Positions 63,893-64,000 of a DNA stretch of 64,000 bases are shown one piece after another; position 1 is the stretch's first letter; each line of letters opens with the position of its first letter. The position numbers and the translations under genes are program-made. The notes under the pieces are model-generated. The model saw only the letters and a list, made by a program, of their open reading frames with translations, did no database searches and was not told the DNA's origin. Source of the DNA: Callorhinchus milii (Eukaryota); the NCBI RefSeq assembly GCF_018977255.1, contig NW_024704743.1:42100001-42164000 (forward strand), in the 5' to 3' direction.

Positions 63893-64000
63893 ACCAACAC
63901 AACAACAAATTGCATTTATATAATGTCTTTCATGTCAGAAAGAAATCACAAGACACTGGACAATGAAGGGTTTGTACCCGAGCTGCAGGTTGGGATCAGA
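63893..64000 (-). mobile_element. L2 3' tail (runs off window end)
   Basis: caacaacaaattgcatttatataatgtcttt...ctggacaat...acccgagctg. Confidence 0.7.

Noticed and set aside
1..64000. Strand bias of L2 copies as evidence of host-gene orientation
   Set aside because: Roughly 9 minus vs 6 plus larger copies is too few to infer anything.

Overview
Vertebrate genomic DNA, AT-rich and repeat-dense, intergenic or intronic. No host protein-coding exon could be identified with confidence. Most long ORFs in the track are decayed non-LTR retrotransposon ORF2 fragments or their antisense shadows. The rest fall in SINEs, microsatellites or unique DNA and show no recognisable homology. The window contains: (i) many L2-clade LINE copies with a 3' stem-loop and (TTG)n tail; (ii) several CR1-clade LINE fragments; (iii) a tRNA-headed SINE family with long and short forms and a (TTA)n tail; (iv) an older Deu-domain SINE family. 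This repeat set points to a cartilaginous fish, probably a chimaera such as Callorhinchus (inference from recalled repeat families, not a search). The best-supported observations are a SINE nested in inverted orientation inside a sister SINE, covarying L2/SINE 3' stem-loops, several nested insertions with candidate TSDs, internal deletions in LINEs, an 18-bp templated insertion and three short perfect inverted repeats. Several repeat-free islands may be regulatory, including a possible minus-strand first exon at ~35.6-36.7 kb. I found no evidence of a novel multi-gene system. Repeat boundaries are approximate (about +/-20 bp).
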